Source: Cyanophora paradoxa CCMP329
Taxonomy: Eukaryota; Plantae; Glaucophyta
Assembly: GCA_004431415.1 (NCBI GenBank)
Contig: QPMI01000017.1
Location: 744,001 to 808,000, forward strand
DNA: 64,000 nucleotides
Reading direction: 5' to 3'
The position numbers were made by a program, and so were the translations under genes. The notes beneath the pieces are model-generated. The model was not told the origin of the DNA. It did not search any database and saw only the letters and a program-made list of their open reading frames with translations. Positions 9,868 through 20,865 of this stretch are shown in pieces (within the stretch, counting starts at the first letter, position 1; the number at the start of each line of letters is the position of its first letter).

Positions 9868-12800
9868 AGACCAAATGGAATGCTGTGAATGCCGTCGGCT
9901 GATATCTTCCGTTTGCTATCGAGTTGGTTTAGAGCGACCCTTCTGCTCTCCAAGTCATATAAGTTGTGGTCTTGCCTTCGCTTGTTTGTTACTGATACTG
10001 TTTTTATGATGCCTTCAAACAGACATCTCTTAAAATCGTCAAAGTCAACCTCTTTCGAGGAAGTCCCCGACATCTTTACTCTTTCGTTGGTCTCAGTTCT
10101 GAAAGCATAGAGTTTCGATCTCAGACCCACATACTCCATGATCTTTGCATTTGGAAACTCATTCTTATATTTACCAGGAACCATGCGGTTTTTGATACTC
10201 ACAAGAGGATGGGATTTATCGTAATTGCTCCTATCGAGATACTCACCTATCTCTTTCATATCTTCATTGAGATTATTTGTTTTCAAGAACAAACAGAACG
10301 AATCGGTATCGTGGAACAGTAGTTTGGCGGTTTCCCACTTCTTCCTTACCACATCATAGAAGAATCGATAATTATGGAGTTTCGCGAAATCCAAAACGAA
10401 AGCGCCAATTGCTACGGGTTTATCTAAATTAACATGCTTCGAATACATCTCGAAGGCAACTGCGTTTTCGTTTAATACATTGGTCGCCTTGATAAGCGGA
10501 CTTGCTGCGTATTTCTTACAGAGTTTCTCACTGTTAGCAATCTTGACAGTTGAGCGACCCCTGCAAGATTCCAAACATTTACCGTAAATTGCATTGTTCA
10601 TGAGTTTAAAGAAGTCGCTTTCAAAATGGTTAGTAGATTCATGGCGGAGTAGAGTATTCAGACCAATGTAAGATCTCATGAATGGGGAGGTAGCGAATGA
10701 GAGAACTTTATGTATCTTTTTAGAATGACACCCTTTTTAACAATGTAGTTAAGAAGAGGTCGAGCAATCACGTATTTATTCTTGGGCGTAAATGTCGCCG
10801 TAAGTTTGGGGTCTTTGCTGATCTTTTCGCCCGTCAGATCTAATAGTTTATTTTGATAATCACCAAGCATCTCATTGGTTATCACTTCTTTATTCACAAT
10901 CAGTGGGAAATCGTAATGATCTTCAAGAGTTGTGGGGTATTCAAGATCAACTTCAATAAATGCGCTTCGTCCCTCTACCTCTTTAAGTGCCTCTGTGATG
11001 TCTTCCCATCGATAATCTCCGATGGGTAGTGGTTGACTGAGAGCATAACCATAAAGATTATTCGCATCCAACAATACTATATGATCGTCGGCATTCTCTA
11101 CCTTTGCGTATCGTGTGGGCATGGTAGCAAATCCACCTCTAATGGCTCTCTCAACAAATTCGTATTTCTCTACATCATCGATTAGTTCAATCTTAACTTT
11201 CGTATGTTTGAGCATAGCGTCCCAAGAGAGACCTGGTGCGCTAACGTAATGTGCGGGATCCAATCCGTATTGAGAAAACGCCAATTTGCGAAATGCTTCA
11301 AACTTTCTCATTAAATCACCCACATCCACAGATTGGAAATCCATGAAATGGGAAGCATCAATGAACTTCCACATGCCCCATTGAAGCGACAGGTATTGAT
11401 CGAAATTCTTGCTTAGAATCTCAACACGTAGTTTATCGTCTTGTTGGGCGATTTTGCGGAATATTCCATGCCCGCATTCATCCATGTGATCGACCACGAT
11501 AGCTACCTTTGTTTGTTTAGAGATTCGCCGGTGGAGGTTACAGTTTCGGCATGCCTTTCCGATGAAATCGCCGGATTGGTGGCAATGATCGCGAACCGGG
11601 AAGTTTTCATGGGTGAATCTCTGAGAACAAATATAACAGTGTTTTGTTACCTTGTATTCCGCCTTTTGATCGTCTGTGAGTGGATGCATCGGAATATTTC
11701 GAAACAGCGTCTCAACGATTTCGGGTCTGATATCTTGTAGAGTAGCAAAGAGAGAACCAAGGGGATCGGCTCCCTCAAAATGGTATGCTCTCACTTCGTC
11801 TCCCATTACCACTCTCAGTGAAACCGCTTTAATCTCACGTTTACTCCTCTGTGCATCAATAGCAACCGAATGATCTTCGACTTTAACATAACAGATCACG
11901 GGTAGCCAAACAGTTTTACGCAGAAGTTGCAGACCGAATTCAATTACGCTTCCCGCTTTTGGGCATTTACCTTTGCTCTCCCTCCAATCAATGCAGCGAT
12001 TTGATTCAACATGCAGGTCTAATTTCTCCTGAGTTCTAAAACGTGACAGGCAGGTTTCACAGTAATAAATGCGACCATCGCATGCTTTATCAAATGTAGT
12101 TTTCAGAAGACGACTAAAAGACATGATAGTAATGTAGTGTCCCCGATCATCTTCGGTGTTTTCAATAAGTAAAAGGTTAATCTTGGTCTTTCTCCTTGGG
12201 TTACTTGATTGATGCAGAGGATAGAAACACTCTTTGGTGTTATCAGCTCCGTAAATGTTAATGGATAGATCGGGGTTTAGTTCTTCGAAACGATCGATTA
12301 CCTCAGCATCACATGCAACGGGAAACTGAATACCATCGAAATTGAGTTCATTTAACCAACGGCGGTATTGGCTTGGTTCGTTACTCTTGTGTTTGTTAAT
12401 GTCCTTTCGATGCAGGTAAGCCAAAATCGCATACTTGAAGCAATCTTGACCGTCGATATTCTTAACGTTCACCGTTGCCTTCTTGGATGCAATCCATTCG
12501 GGAGTTGCGAAATAGCATCCTCCCACAGGTGCATAAGACATGATAATGCCTCTAAGTATTTCGATCTTCTCCAAACGGTAACTATCCACTTGCGTCATTT
12601 CCTCTTGCATTTTCTGTAACGCTTTGCGAACTTCTGTGTCTATGTTGCGGGATCGGGTAATTACGAAATAATCGCTGTAAATGAATTTGGTGATATAGAT
12701 GCGCGGATTACCTACTTTGGTGAATTTGCAAACGAAAGTAAGACGGACTTTAACCGCTCTCAGTTGATCTAAGCGGGTTCTAATGCGTTGCGGTAGACTT

Positions 12801-13144
12801 GGTGCGATTCTTTCGAGGAATTCGATAGCATCCACGACAACTTCGTTTCGGGCGCGATAGGTCAACCACGAATACGCTTGATTCATTGCTTGACCATCTT
12901 CAATGTCCGGGTCAATTGCTCCTAATCTCTGTCCTTCATCCATGAACTCCTCCATCCTCTGCATGCGATTGTAGAGGTCATTTGCAATCTCAGTGAGTTG
13001 TCCTAATCGCGGTCGTCTATCTAAGATGGCGGCTTCTCTATCGTATTCCGCTTCGGTGATCTCACCTGTAACTAAGAGAGTTCCTAACAATCCAAGTATT
13101 TCATTTTTCTTTTCTTTGATCAGTCTGTTCGTTTGGCGGGGCAT
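9864..13144 (-). CDS. polB: Full-length protein-primed family B DNA polymerase (~1093 aa after repairing one frameshift near 10715)
   Basis: ORFs 10676-13144 and 9864-10679 join if the T-run is restored as in copy 1. Contains DCFKYAIL...GHY (OTU-like Cys/His region, inferred), C2HC finger CETC..H..C, EndoVII-like CYIC..RDHCH..CRNCN, YGLDPAHY, and polymerase motifs A/B/C. Confidence 0.93.
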
Positions 13145-13186
13145 CTTTGCTATAAAGGAACATTTTTATTTTGGAGTTTGAACGCA

Positions 13187-13345
13187 TTAAGTTCTAATGA
13201 TTCTCACCGTTGTTTCCTTTGGAATATATATAGTAACATAGTTTCTCTTCCGCCTGTTATTGATACCACAATTATACTTTATGAACTTTGCAACCTCTTC
13301 CAAATCACCTTCCACAATTGATTGGTTCATTTTGACGTTATTCAT
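13187..13345 (-). CDS. Small hypothetical protein (~52 aa, MNNVKMNQ...)
   Basis: ATG at 13345 lies 20-40 nt downstream of two AAAATTGA motifs; fills the gap before pPolB. Confidence 0.45.
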   Translation of the reverse strand: MNNVKMNQSIVEGDLEEVAKFIKYNCGINNRRKRNYVTIYIPKETTVRIIRT

Positions 13346-13364
13346 TTTCAACTGAGACACACGT

Positions 13365-13391
13365 TCAATTTTTAAATCACCAGTCAATTTT
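13365..13391 (-). promoter_or_regulatory. Two AAAATTGA octamers (Mimivirus-type early promoter sequence)
   Basis: tcaatttt at 13365-13372 and 13384-13391, upstream of the small ORF and pPolB. Confidence 0.55.
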
Positions 13392-13405
13392 TTATTTTTT
13401 ATTCG

Positions 13406-13497
13406 GTGTAACGGGTGTAACAGGTAAATCCCAAAGTTTTCGGATTTTCACCTCCCTAGGAGCAAAGTTTGGGATTTACCTGTTACACCTGTTACAC
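13406..13497. repeat. Hairpin with 30-bp arms and GTGTAAC iterons; candidate replication origin, copy 1
   Basis: gtgtaacgggtgtaacaggtaaatcccaaa ... tttgggatttacctgttacacctgttacac (29/30 complementary), 32-nt loop, just downstream of the helicase stop. Confidence 0.85.
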
Positions 13498-13564
13498 TTA
13501 CTGTTTTCAGTAAGGTTATAAAAAAAGTATGAATTATCAGTAAGAATAGTATGTTTTGTTGTAA

Positions 13565-15901
13565 TTAGTTGGGAGCCTCTACGTCGTCGTCGTCGTCCTG
13601 AATCATAATCTTTTTTTTCAGTCCGAAGTAACCACGCTTCACCTGACCTCTTTCTCGAACAGTTTCAGACTTCACATTAAAGACTTCGCGGACTCGCTTT
13701 CCAATACTCGTGGCATCGGTTTTATCATCAACAGAACGATAGCCAGCAATGATAGATTCACTCGAAATGAAATCATTTCGGCTTCCGGTCTTCTCATAAG
13801 TGCTGCGGAGCCATTCCCCGATTTTATCGTTATCATTAAAGTATTCAAGTCCCTGATCGATGATAGACTGTGGCGGATTCATCAGCAGCTGTGCAAGATC
13901 CTGTTTCTTCCACATGTCCAAGAAGATCGACATTTGAGCCATCTTGTATTCGTCGTCATTCATGATGGACATAAGCGAAGTATCCGCTTTCTTCTCACCA
14001 GGTTGAGGGTTGGGCTTGAAGACACAAGAGAAACGATAGTAAGAGAGTCGCCGGTAAATCGCAGCATCGGGTTTACTCATCCCCAGGTTCTCATTCGTCG
14101 ATAAGAAGATTTGACCCATAGGAATGTAGGTAACAGGATCTTTGAACAGGGCGCGAACCTTCATCTCGTTACCACCTGTAATCTCTTTGATCTTGCTAAT
14201 TTGAAGCTTGTCGCCATCTTCCGCTTCATTTGAAAAGATAATGCGACGACCCAGAATATCGGCAAGTTCAGGTGTAGCGTCTGATGCATTCTTTTTCGGT
14301 TTCGTCCAATATGACATATTGATTGTTCCGAAATACTGTCCGAATGTTTGCTTGACCATCTCCTGAACGAGAGATTTACCATTGGCTCCAATTCCAGTCC
14401 AGAAATTGAACTTTTGAATATCTGTGCGACCACTCAGAGAGAAAGCGATCGAACCCATCACGAAATTGCGCTCAATTTCCTCTTCGATGATGTCAGAGTA
14501 GATGGAAAGGATCTTGGTGACTTTCACAGAATCCACCTCGGGGCAATAATCATAACCAACAGTCTTACTGATCATGTCTTCTGGGAGTCCCCTTCGGAAA
14601 GTCATAGAATTCAGATCAAATACGCCATTTGTGAATCCAATCACATTGGTAACAGTATCAAGTCTCTCGAAGAATGTCTTATCGTTCATCAGAACTGTGA
14701 GATCAGACAGAAGAGAAGTTCGGTAATTAGTCTGTTTGAGTTTCTTTGCGATACCAAGAAGAACCTGTGATCTCTCCTCCAAAGATGCACGATTCTCTTC
14801 ATCACGAAGCGCTCTCTGAGCGAATTGCACAGCACGTTGAAGATAAGCCGGGCAAACCCTGCAACTCAAACACAGATAGATTCGTTTCCCGGTCTCATCC
14901 ATCTCCCAGATTCCGTAAGCCTCGTTGAACTTGAACCACGTCTTGTTTGAATACTTGTAGCTGTCTCGCAGAACAAGAAAAGCAACCTGGGCAACATCAT
15001 AATGTCCGCCATCAGATCCAATCGACCGATCAATTAGCTTTTCAATCTGAACATCGGTATCAGCTTGAACGCGAACCGTCATAACTCGCTTCTTGCAATT
15101 GGTGCTATAACTTGAAACAATATACTTGTCTTTCTCGTTCCCTTGAAGTATATACCAATTGTTGGAGTCATGGCTTCCCTTGCAGCAGGACAAATCAGAC
15201 CTTTGTTCTCAGCAGTGAAACTGTAACCCTTCTCGGTCTCATTAATGATTGTGGGTAAGATGAAACCAAATTCTTCAAGTTTCCGGAGAATGTGTTTCTG
15301 CAAATCCTCTTCAATGCTCCTATCAATAGAAGAGTGTCCGCCTTTCGGAAAAAGGTAGTTGTCAATCATCCACTTTTGGAGTTCAGCACTCGGTTCGATC
15401 AACTCACAGCCTTCCGCCCATGGTTCTCTGATCCAAGTTTTACCGGGGCTTGGGAAACGTTGATCAACCCAGCAGTTCCAGTGGACGCAATTGTCTTACA
15501 GTCGATCTTAGGATAACCTTTGAAAGCACCCGCTTTATCCCAGATCTTCACAGCATCGAAGTCAGAAGGACGAGAGAAGTAAACATGATATCCTTTTTTG
15601 GTTTTAGCAAGAGGATTGACACCACCGAAATCATCGGGGAATTGCTCCTCGAATTTGGTGAAATCCTCCTCTTGGTCGAAGTCGATAACCACGATATTGC
15701 GAGCGAGAATGCCCCAAGCAACATACTTACCGGATTTCAGGGCTTCATCGAATTTATCCCAAGTCCACGATCCGTCTTTATGGGCGAAAAGGGTTTTTTG
15801 GTATCGGGATCAACGGGTATTACGATATTCTCAGACAGGACATCGTCTTCACGAAGCCAATCAACAAGGCGTTTCAGGGATTTCTTGGCGGCAGCGTTCA
15901 T
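13565..15901 (-). CDS. Primpol (AEP) - Zn finger - D5-like SF3 helicase fusion (~779 aa after repairing three -1 frameshifts)
   Basis: AEP motifs VVIDFD and KTKKGYHVYF; CPCCKGSH; D5_N IGFTNGVFDL; Walker A GIGANGKS, Walker B IIFSNE, motif C FLSTN. Frameshifts near 15790, 15453 and 15188. Confidence 0.88.
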
Positions 15902-16107
15902 TTCGATAATCGGGGGTGTCTTATCTATGATGGAGAAAAGAGTTTCTCCGGATTCCTGTCATTTTTTGGCGGCTAACCTTTAAGTGGTTGATATCTCTTC
16001 AATTACCAAAAACGGCAATCGGGAGATGGTTACGGATCTATCGAAGCATATCGATAGACCGCTCGAAAAATGAGTAATTGGGTTCAGCGGTCAAATGGGG
16101 ATTTCCC

Positions 16108-16344
16108 TTAATACTTTCGTGGACGTCCCCGCGACTTGTTTTCAATTCCCTCCCGCTCCTTACGACGATAATATGAAGCGAGCGATTGCGCCTTCTTATA
16201 CTCCCGATAAACCGGGTCTTCGTTGTAGAGCGTTCGCTTCCTGAGAGCATCTCTCATCTTGTAATTGGCGCGGGTCTCCTCTTCTTCTTCACCGAATTCG
16301 ATAACACTAATCATGTCTTCGGTTATATGAATTACAGTCGCCAT
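16108..16344 (-). CDS. Small AT-hook DNA-binding protein
   Basis: Ends in KSRGRPRKY; acidic N-half, basic C-half; upstream TATATATAAAG. Confidence 0.7.
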   Translation of the reverse strand: MATVIHITEDMISVIEFGEEEEETRANYKMRDALRKRTLYNEDPVYREYKKAQSLASYYRRKEREGIENKSRGRPRKY

Positions 16345-16549
16345 GTTCCACTTTATATATAGTTGAGAAAATCTTTTACCACTCTGTATTATGCGTTACG
16401 TCTTTAAGTAGTTTATGGTGTCATTTTTTGGTGACCAAAGCCAGTTGGTGTCTACGTTCTTCAATTGCAGATTTAACGGCGTAAATCTGTCGTTTCGATA
16501 GTATGATGGCGTAGATCTCTTCGAGCATTCGATACCATAACCAAAGATA

Positions 16550-16804
16550 TTATTTATGATCGTTATGCGAAAACGATCGGCGACGGACAGTCTCAGTTTC
16601 CGTAACGGTGACTGTCTCAGTTGTTATCGAATCTTGCGATTGCCTTCGCCCTCCATCGCTTCCACCATCTGAGAAATCCATTTCGAATTTCGTATCGCAG
16701 CAGTCATTGTGACAATCGGTTACGCAATGCATCTCAAACATCTCAATGATCTTTTTCAGAAACTCCATTGATTCCCTCTTTAAACAATATATAATTAAAG
16801 CCAA
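16550..16804 (-). CDS. Hypothetical viral protein
   Basis: ORF fits the gene packing; Cys/His cluster HCVTDCHNDCCD; no family recognised. Confidence 0.5.
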   Translation of the reverse strand: MALIIYCLKRESMEFLKKIIEMFEMHCVTDCHNDCCDTKFEMDFSDGGSDGGRRQSQDSITTETVTVTETETVRRRSFSHNDHK

Positions 16805-17526
16805 ACTCTCCGCTTGTATGCTGTGGGAGCTACACCTTTGTCGACTTCCGCTTTGGTAGCACCAGGTTCAACAGTTCCCTTTTGGGTCTTTGTCTTTAAT
16901 TCATCTACCGCTTGCTCATCAATTTGAGTCTCCTTCTTACCAATGAATTGTTTATCGGGAACACCAGTAATACCCATTCGGAATACTTCTTTGCGCAGCA
17001 TTTCCTTGATTTTAGCGCGTTCTTTCTTCTCAGTTACATACTGTTCAAGAGCGCTTGATTTCGCTTCCAGATCCTTTAATTTAGCGGTCATCTCATCCCA
17101 TTGCGCTTTCGGGATTCGGTGGATGTTTTGAGTTGGCGCAACCTTGTAAGTAACTTCACCAGCCATCGATTGAATTACCTTATCGGATTCTTTGGAAACA
17201 CCTTCACCCTTGCGAGCGAGTGAAAGATCTTTTAAACCAAGTTCGCGATCATCGGCAGCACCGATAATCCGACGCGCACCTTCACCGACCGCCTTCATCT
17301 TCGAGACTTCCGGCGAAATGTTCAGTTGCTCACTTTGGGAGGTTTGCGGCGCTTTATCACCGGGCGCTTCATCATACGCCGCATTTAAGGGGTCTTCTTC
17401 CTGTTGCGATGGTTTCACTTCGCTCATTCCGTTGAATTTCATTGGTGTAGTGTTGAGAGATCCATGATTTTCACCGCCGGAATATGACATAGCACCAGCG
17501 GGAACACCTCTACGTTTCGGCGGCAT
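16795..17526 (-). CDS. Hypothetical viral protein, basic N-terminus, central coiled coil
   Basis: 243-aa ORF starting MPPKRR, with upstream TATAAATATACA. Confidence 0.7.
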   Translation of the reverse strand: MPPKRRGVPAGAMSYSGGENHGSLNTTPMKFNGMSEVKPSQQEEDPLNAAYDEAPGDKAPQTSQSEQLNISPEVSKMKAVGEGARRIIGAADDRELGLKDLSLARKGEGVSKESDKVIQSMAGEVTYKVAPTQNIHRIPKAQWDEMTAKLKDLEAKSSALEQYVTEKKERAKIKEMLRKEVFRMGITGVPDKQFIGKKETQIDEQAVDELKTKTQKGTVEPGATKAEVDKGVAPTAYKRRVWL

Positions 17527-17554
17527 TGTATATTTATAACATACAGAGATAATT

Positions 17555-18337
17555 TTACAGTCCCCTCTTATATCGCATCAACTTATTCGTGTGAACAGCG
17601 CTTTTAATCTCTTTCGGCGCTTCCTCCTTCTCAGGCGGTTTTAATTCATCTTCTTTCTTTTTAGGTTTGCGATGGAAACGCGGGAAATCAAAATCACCAA
17701 CTAATTCCGCTTTATCAACATAATACCCTACGTTATATTTGAATGACGTATAAACGATAAATTGGTATGAGTGGACATACTCTTCAAACATCTTATAGAA
17801 ATCTTCTTTACGGGGAAACGTAGAATACTCTTCGGCGAAAGCTTCTAATTCTTTCTGATTACTTGCACAAACCATAATTACGATATCACAATTACAGCGA
17901 ATCACACTTGCAACCTTGCGCAGTTTTTGCGAAATGCAGACGAGGGAACAGTTCACATGTCTTGATCTTACGAAAAGCATTCCCACTGTTTTGTCTCGTG
18001 TTAAATCCAATTGGTCATTTTCAACCATATCTTCTAAAATAATCAGCATATGGTTAAGTTCTTCTCCTCTTTCCTTCTTTTCTTCACGATCTTTAAGAAC
18101 CTTAGAAATGTATTTTGCATCCCAGGCACCCAATTGAACAGTAGCCGCTTTATCCCAGTAATGCGTGAAACTTGTAGCGGAGATAATAAGCGTTGTATCA
18201 ATCTTTTTCGCATCATGAAGCTGTTTCAAATAGTATTTTACCGCCTCAGTTTTCCCGCACGCCGACTTCCCAAGTATCAATAATCGGAACGGTGGCTCAA
18301 TCATTTCAGCGGCATTAAACTCTTCTAAATCCACCAT
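17555..18337 (-). CDS. A32-like genome packaging ATPase (FtsK-HerA family)
   Basis: Walker A GKSACGKT, Walker B LIILEDM, RSRHVNCSLVCISQ, IRCNCD. Confidence 0.93.
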   Translation of the reverse strand: MVDLEEFNAAEMIEPPFRLLILGKSACGKTEAVKYYLKQLHDAKKIDTTLIISATSFTHYWDKAATVQLGAWDAKYISKVLKDREEKKERGEELNHMLIILEDMVENDQLDLTRDKTVGMLFVRSRHVNCSLVCISQKLRKVASVIRCNCDIVIMVCASNQKELEAFAEEYSTFPRKEDFYKMFEEYVHSYQFIVYTSFKYNVGYYVDKAELVGDFDFPRFHRKPKKKEDELKPPEKEEAPKEIKSAVHTNKLMRYKRGL

Positions 18338-18404
18338 GGCGTTGTAGATCTTCTTAATAAAGATAGATAAAAATAACGAAATCTTACTGATAATGGTTTA
18401 GAGA

Positions 18405-19337
18405 TCACAGAGATGAAAGGAATTGCTTAATGCACCGCTCAATATCAGTTTCAGTGTATGGGATGCGCAAGAGTTTAATATTGTTGGCTTCACAATATCG
18501 ATTTTTGATTCCATCACGAAGTTGGGTATCCTCAAATGCCTTTTGACCACCAAACTGTTCCACAGGTCGAAAATGTTGGATTCCATCATATTCAATGGCG
18601 ATTTTAAGCGATGGTATAAAGACATCAAACGGAAGAACTCTTTTATGTTTGCAATCAGGAAACCGATGCGACACAGAGAATTGTAACCCCATATCCTTTA
18701 AAACCGATTGCACTTTTGTTTCCCCAGTAGAGGATCGACAAGATAAACAGCCATAACCGTTAAGAAAGTCATATGGTGTCTTTTCGAATTCCATCTCACA
18801 TTTCTTACAGGTTATTTTAACTTTTGTCTTTGCATTTACATACTCAACCTTTGAGTAATCATAGATGTCACCATATAGTTTAACAGCTCGTTCTGTGAAC
18901 TTGTCAACTCCCATTTGTAGCTTATCCTTGATTCGATCCATTCTACACTTTGAATGACCATCCCCAGCCATGTGTTTGTGGGGCTTCTGAGTAAAGTATT
19001 CTTGACACTTCTTACAGAATATTGTAATGGGATCTTCTCCTTTCACATAAACAGAATCTGAGTAGTCGTAAAGGTCACCATGTTTTTCTTTGGCTCTAAT
19101 AACAAACTGTTCGGTTGTTAATCTGTGTGATATGCCTTTCTTGACATTTCCACATGATGGACAACCGCATTTTTGATTAAGATGGCTGTGGGCAGCTTGA
19201 CTAAATTCAGTTTTGCATGTTTTACAGATTATGGTTACTTTCCTCATTATCCCTTGATATACTACTTTCGAGTAGTCATATTGCTCACCATGAACTTCAT
19301 TTGCCTTCGCGATAAATGACTCGACAGTATACGACAT
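18405..19337 (-). CDS. Zn-ribbon-repeat PD-(D/E)xK (DUF559/Vsr-like) endonuclease
   Basis: Three F..[KR]A...[HY]G..YDYS...Y...I.CK.C repeats, then LPFDVFIPSLKIAIEYDGIQHF...D..KNRYC...I.LLRIPY. Confidence 0.85.
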   Translation of the reverse strand: MSYTVESFIAKANEVHGEQYDYSKVVYQGIMRKVTIICKTCKTEFSQAAHSHLNQKCGCPSCGNVKKGISHRLTTEQFVIRAKEKHGDLYDYSDSVYVKGEDPITIFCKKCQEYFTQKPHKHMAGDGHSKCRMDRIKDKLQMGVDKFTERAVKLYGDIYDYSKVEYVNAKTKVKITCKKCEMEFEKTPYDFLNGYGCLSCRSSTGETKVQSVLKDMGLQFSVSHRFPDCKHKRVLPFDVFIPSLKIAIEYDGIQHFRPVEQFGGQKAFEDTQLRDGIKNRYCEANNIKLLRIPYTETDIERCIKQFLSSL

Positions 19338-19410
19338 CTTACTTTATAAGAAACTCTAAAAATAAATAATCATTTTTTTCTTAAATGCCTTACGATAAAC
19401 AGTAAGATTA

Positions 19411-20811
19411 CTACAAATTTATACGACGAATTCCGTCCTTATCGACAATAATGAACGAATGCATGAGAGCGCGAACGTTAACAGTAATTGTGCGATCAGC
19501 AGGAAGATACAGAGTGAGGAACGATGACGACGAGTTGGTGAGATCAACATATCCAGATTGGGCAATGTTGCGAATCGCCTTCTCACCATCAACACAGAAT
19601 GGAAGACCAGTAAGGACGTAACGGTTTGCTTCCTTGTCCATATTCGAGCATTTGAAGGCATCGGCGATGAGTTCCGCACCTTTGAGTAGCGGGATTGGCT
19701 CGGTTGAATAAAGACGCTGTCCGTTAATCTCACAAGTCATCGTAATATCCTTCGCGTTCGCAAGCGTTTTAAGAACGCTGTGAGAACCGTTAGAAGAATC
19801 GACACCATCAGCATCGCGAACAGAGACAAGAAGAGCATAGACCAGACCGGAGATTTGGCTAAGATTAATTCGGTTGGGTTGAGTGTTACCTTTCGCAGCA
19901 ACAGCGATGGAATCGACGAAACCGATGTCGAGAGCGGGAATAGCCATCCCTGTGGTCTTAACCTTCTCAATAACAGTTGCAAACAGTTCATCAGAAACGT
20001 TGATAGCATGCATGTAGAGACGAGGTGCTTTAATGGAGATGTAATGGGTCATTGGTGGAACAGTTCCAGCAACTTCGAACCCAGTAATACCGCCAGTGGT
20101 GATGTTTTGACCAACATTAGCAAGTGTAACGCTCGTAGCATTTCCAAGTCCATCATCTGATGATTTATCAGCAGCAGTGCTTCCTACAACAGGAAGAGAG
20201 CGACCACCATAAGAAGTTTCAAGGTATCCCTTGTTAGCTTCCTTAAACCACACAGTGATGACGGCTTCACCCGAGAGAGCGCCAAGTGGTAGGTAATGGT
20301 TCAACCACGGCACCGGAATTTCGACGAAGAAAGCGCCACCTTTACGGTTGGTTCCGTGAGCGGGAATACCATGAAGCATTCCCATTGAACGCTTCTTTTT
20401 CGCCAGTTGATCCTCTGAATAGTAGACCAATGGGAAAATCGCCAGGAAATCAGACGGCACGTGGTAGGTATACGAGCCATACGAGAATTCGAGACGCTCT
20501 ACAAGCGCACCAATGGGACGGGTGTAACCATTGCGCACCAGGTCGTCGTCACCAGTAAAAGCGGTCAGTTCGGGAAGATCAAAAGCGAGTTCGATTTTAC
20601 CAACAAAGTTGTAGCGGGGAAGTTTGAAAGAAACGCGTTGACCTACATTGTTTTCATAGGTTGTCGATGGACTAACAGTTACCAGAACGGGTTTCGTCTT
20701 CGATTCCAGACCAAGCATAAGCGAGTTATCGAGGAAGAACGCTTTGGCTTCCTCGGGCGTTGTTAGCGCCTCTTTCAGAGAAAGACGTTGAAGGGTCGAG
20801 GTAACATCCAT
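19411..20811 (-). CDS. Major capsid protein (double jelly-roll)
   Basis: 466 aa, beta-rich, between ATPase and pentons. VSFKLPRYNFVGKIELAFDLPEL and FFVEIPVPW..YLPLGAL resemble DJR/NCLDV capsid motifs. Confidence 0.8.
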   Translation of the reverse strand: MDVTSTLQRLSLKEALTTPEEAKAFFLDNSLMLGLESKTKPVLVTVSPSTTYENNVGQRVSFKLPRYNFVGKIELAFDLPELTAFTGDDDLVRNGYTRPIGALVERLEFSYGSYTYHVPSDFLAIFPLVYYSEDQLAKKKRSMGMLHGIPAHGTNRKGGAFFVEIPVPWLNHYLPLGALSGEAVITVWFKEANKGYLETSYGGRSLPVVGSTAADKSSDDGLGNATSVTLANVGQNITTGGITGFEVAGTVPPMTHYISIKAPRLYMHAINVSDELFATVIEKVKTTGMAIPALDIGFVDSIAVAAKGNTQPNRINLSQISGLVYALLVSVRDADGVDSSNGSHSVLKTLANAKDITMTCEINGQRLYSTEPIPLLKGAELIADAFKCSNMDKEANRYVLTGLPFCVDGEKAIRNIAQSGYVDLTNSSSSFLTLYLPADRTITVNVRALMHSFIIVDKDGIRRINL

Positions 20812-20865
20812 TCTGTTTTGCTTTTACTATACAAAAATATAAAAATTCTGTGAATGATCCTTAAT

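Larger units (their letters stand above)
806..11833. repeat. Direct tandem duplication of ~5.5 kb (806-6323 and 6322-11833)
   Basis: Sequence matches at an offset of 5516 shrinking to 5510. Junction has 2-bp microhomology (AT, 6322-6323). Six 1-bp homopolymer deletions in copy 2. Confidence 0.97.

Noticed and set aside
15079-15901. Programmed frameshifting or separate primase genes
   Set aside because: Three -1 breaks in short runs match the error pattern seen in the duplicated block; one fused gene is simpler.
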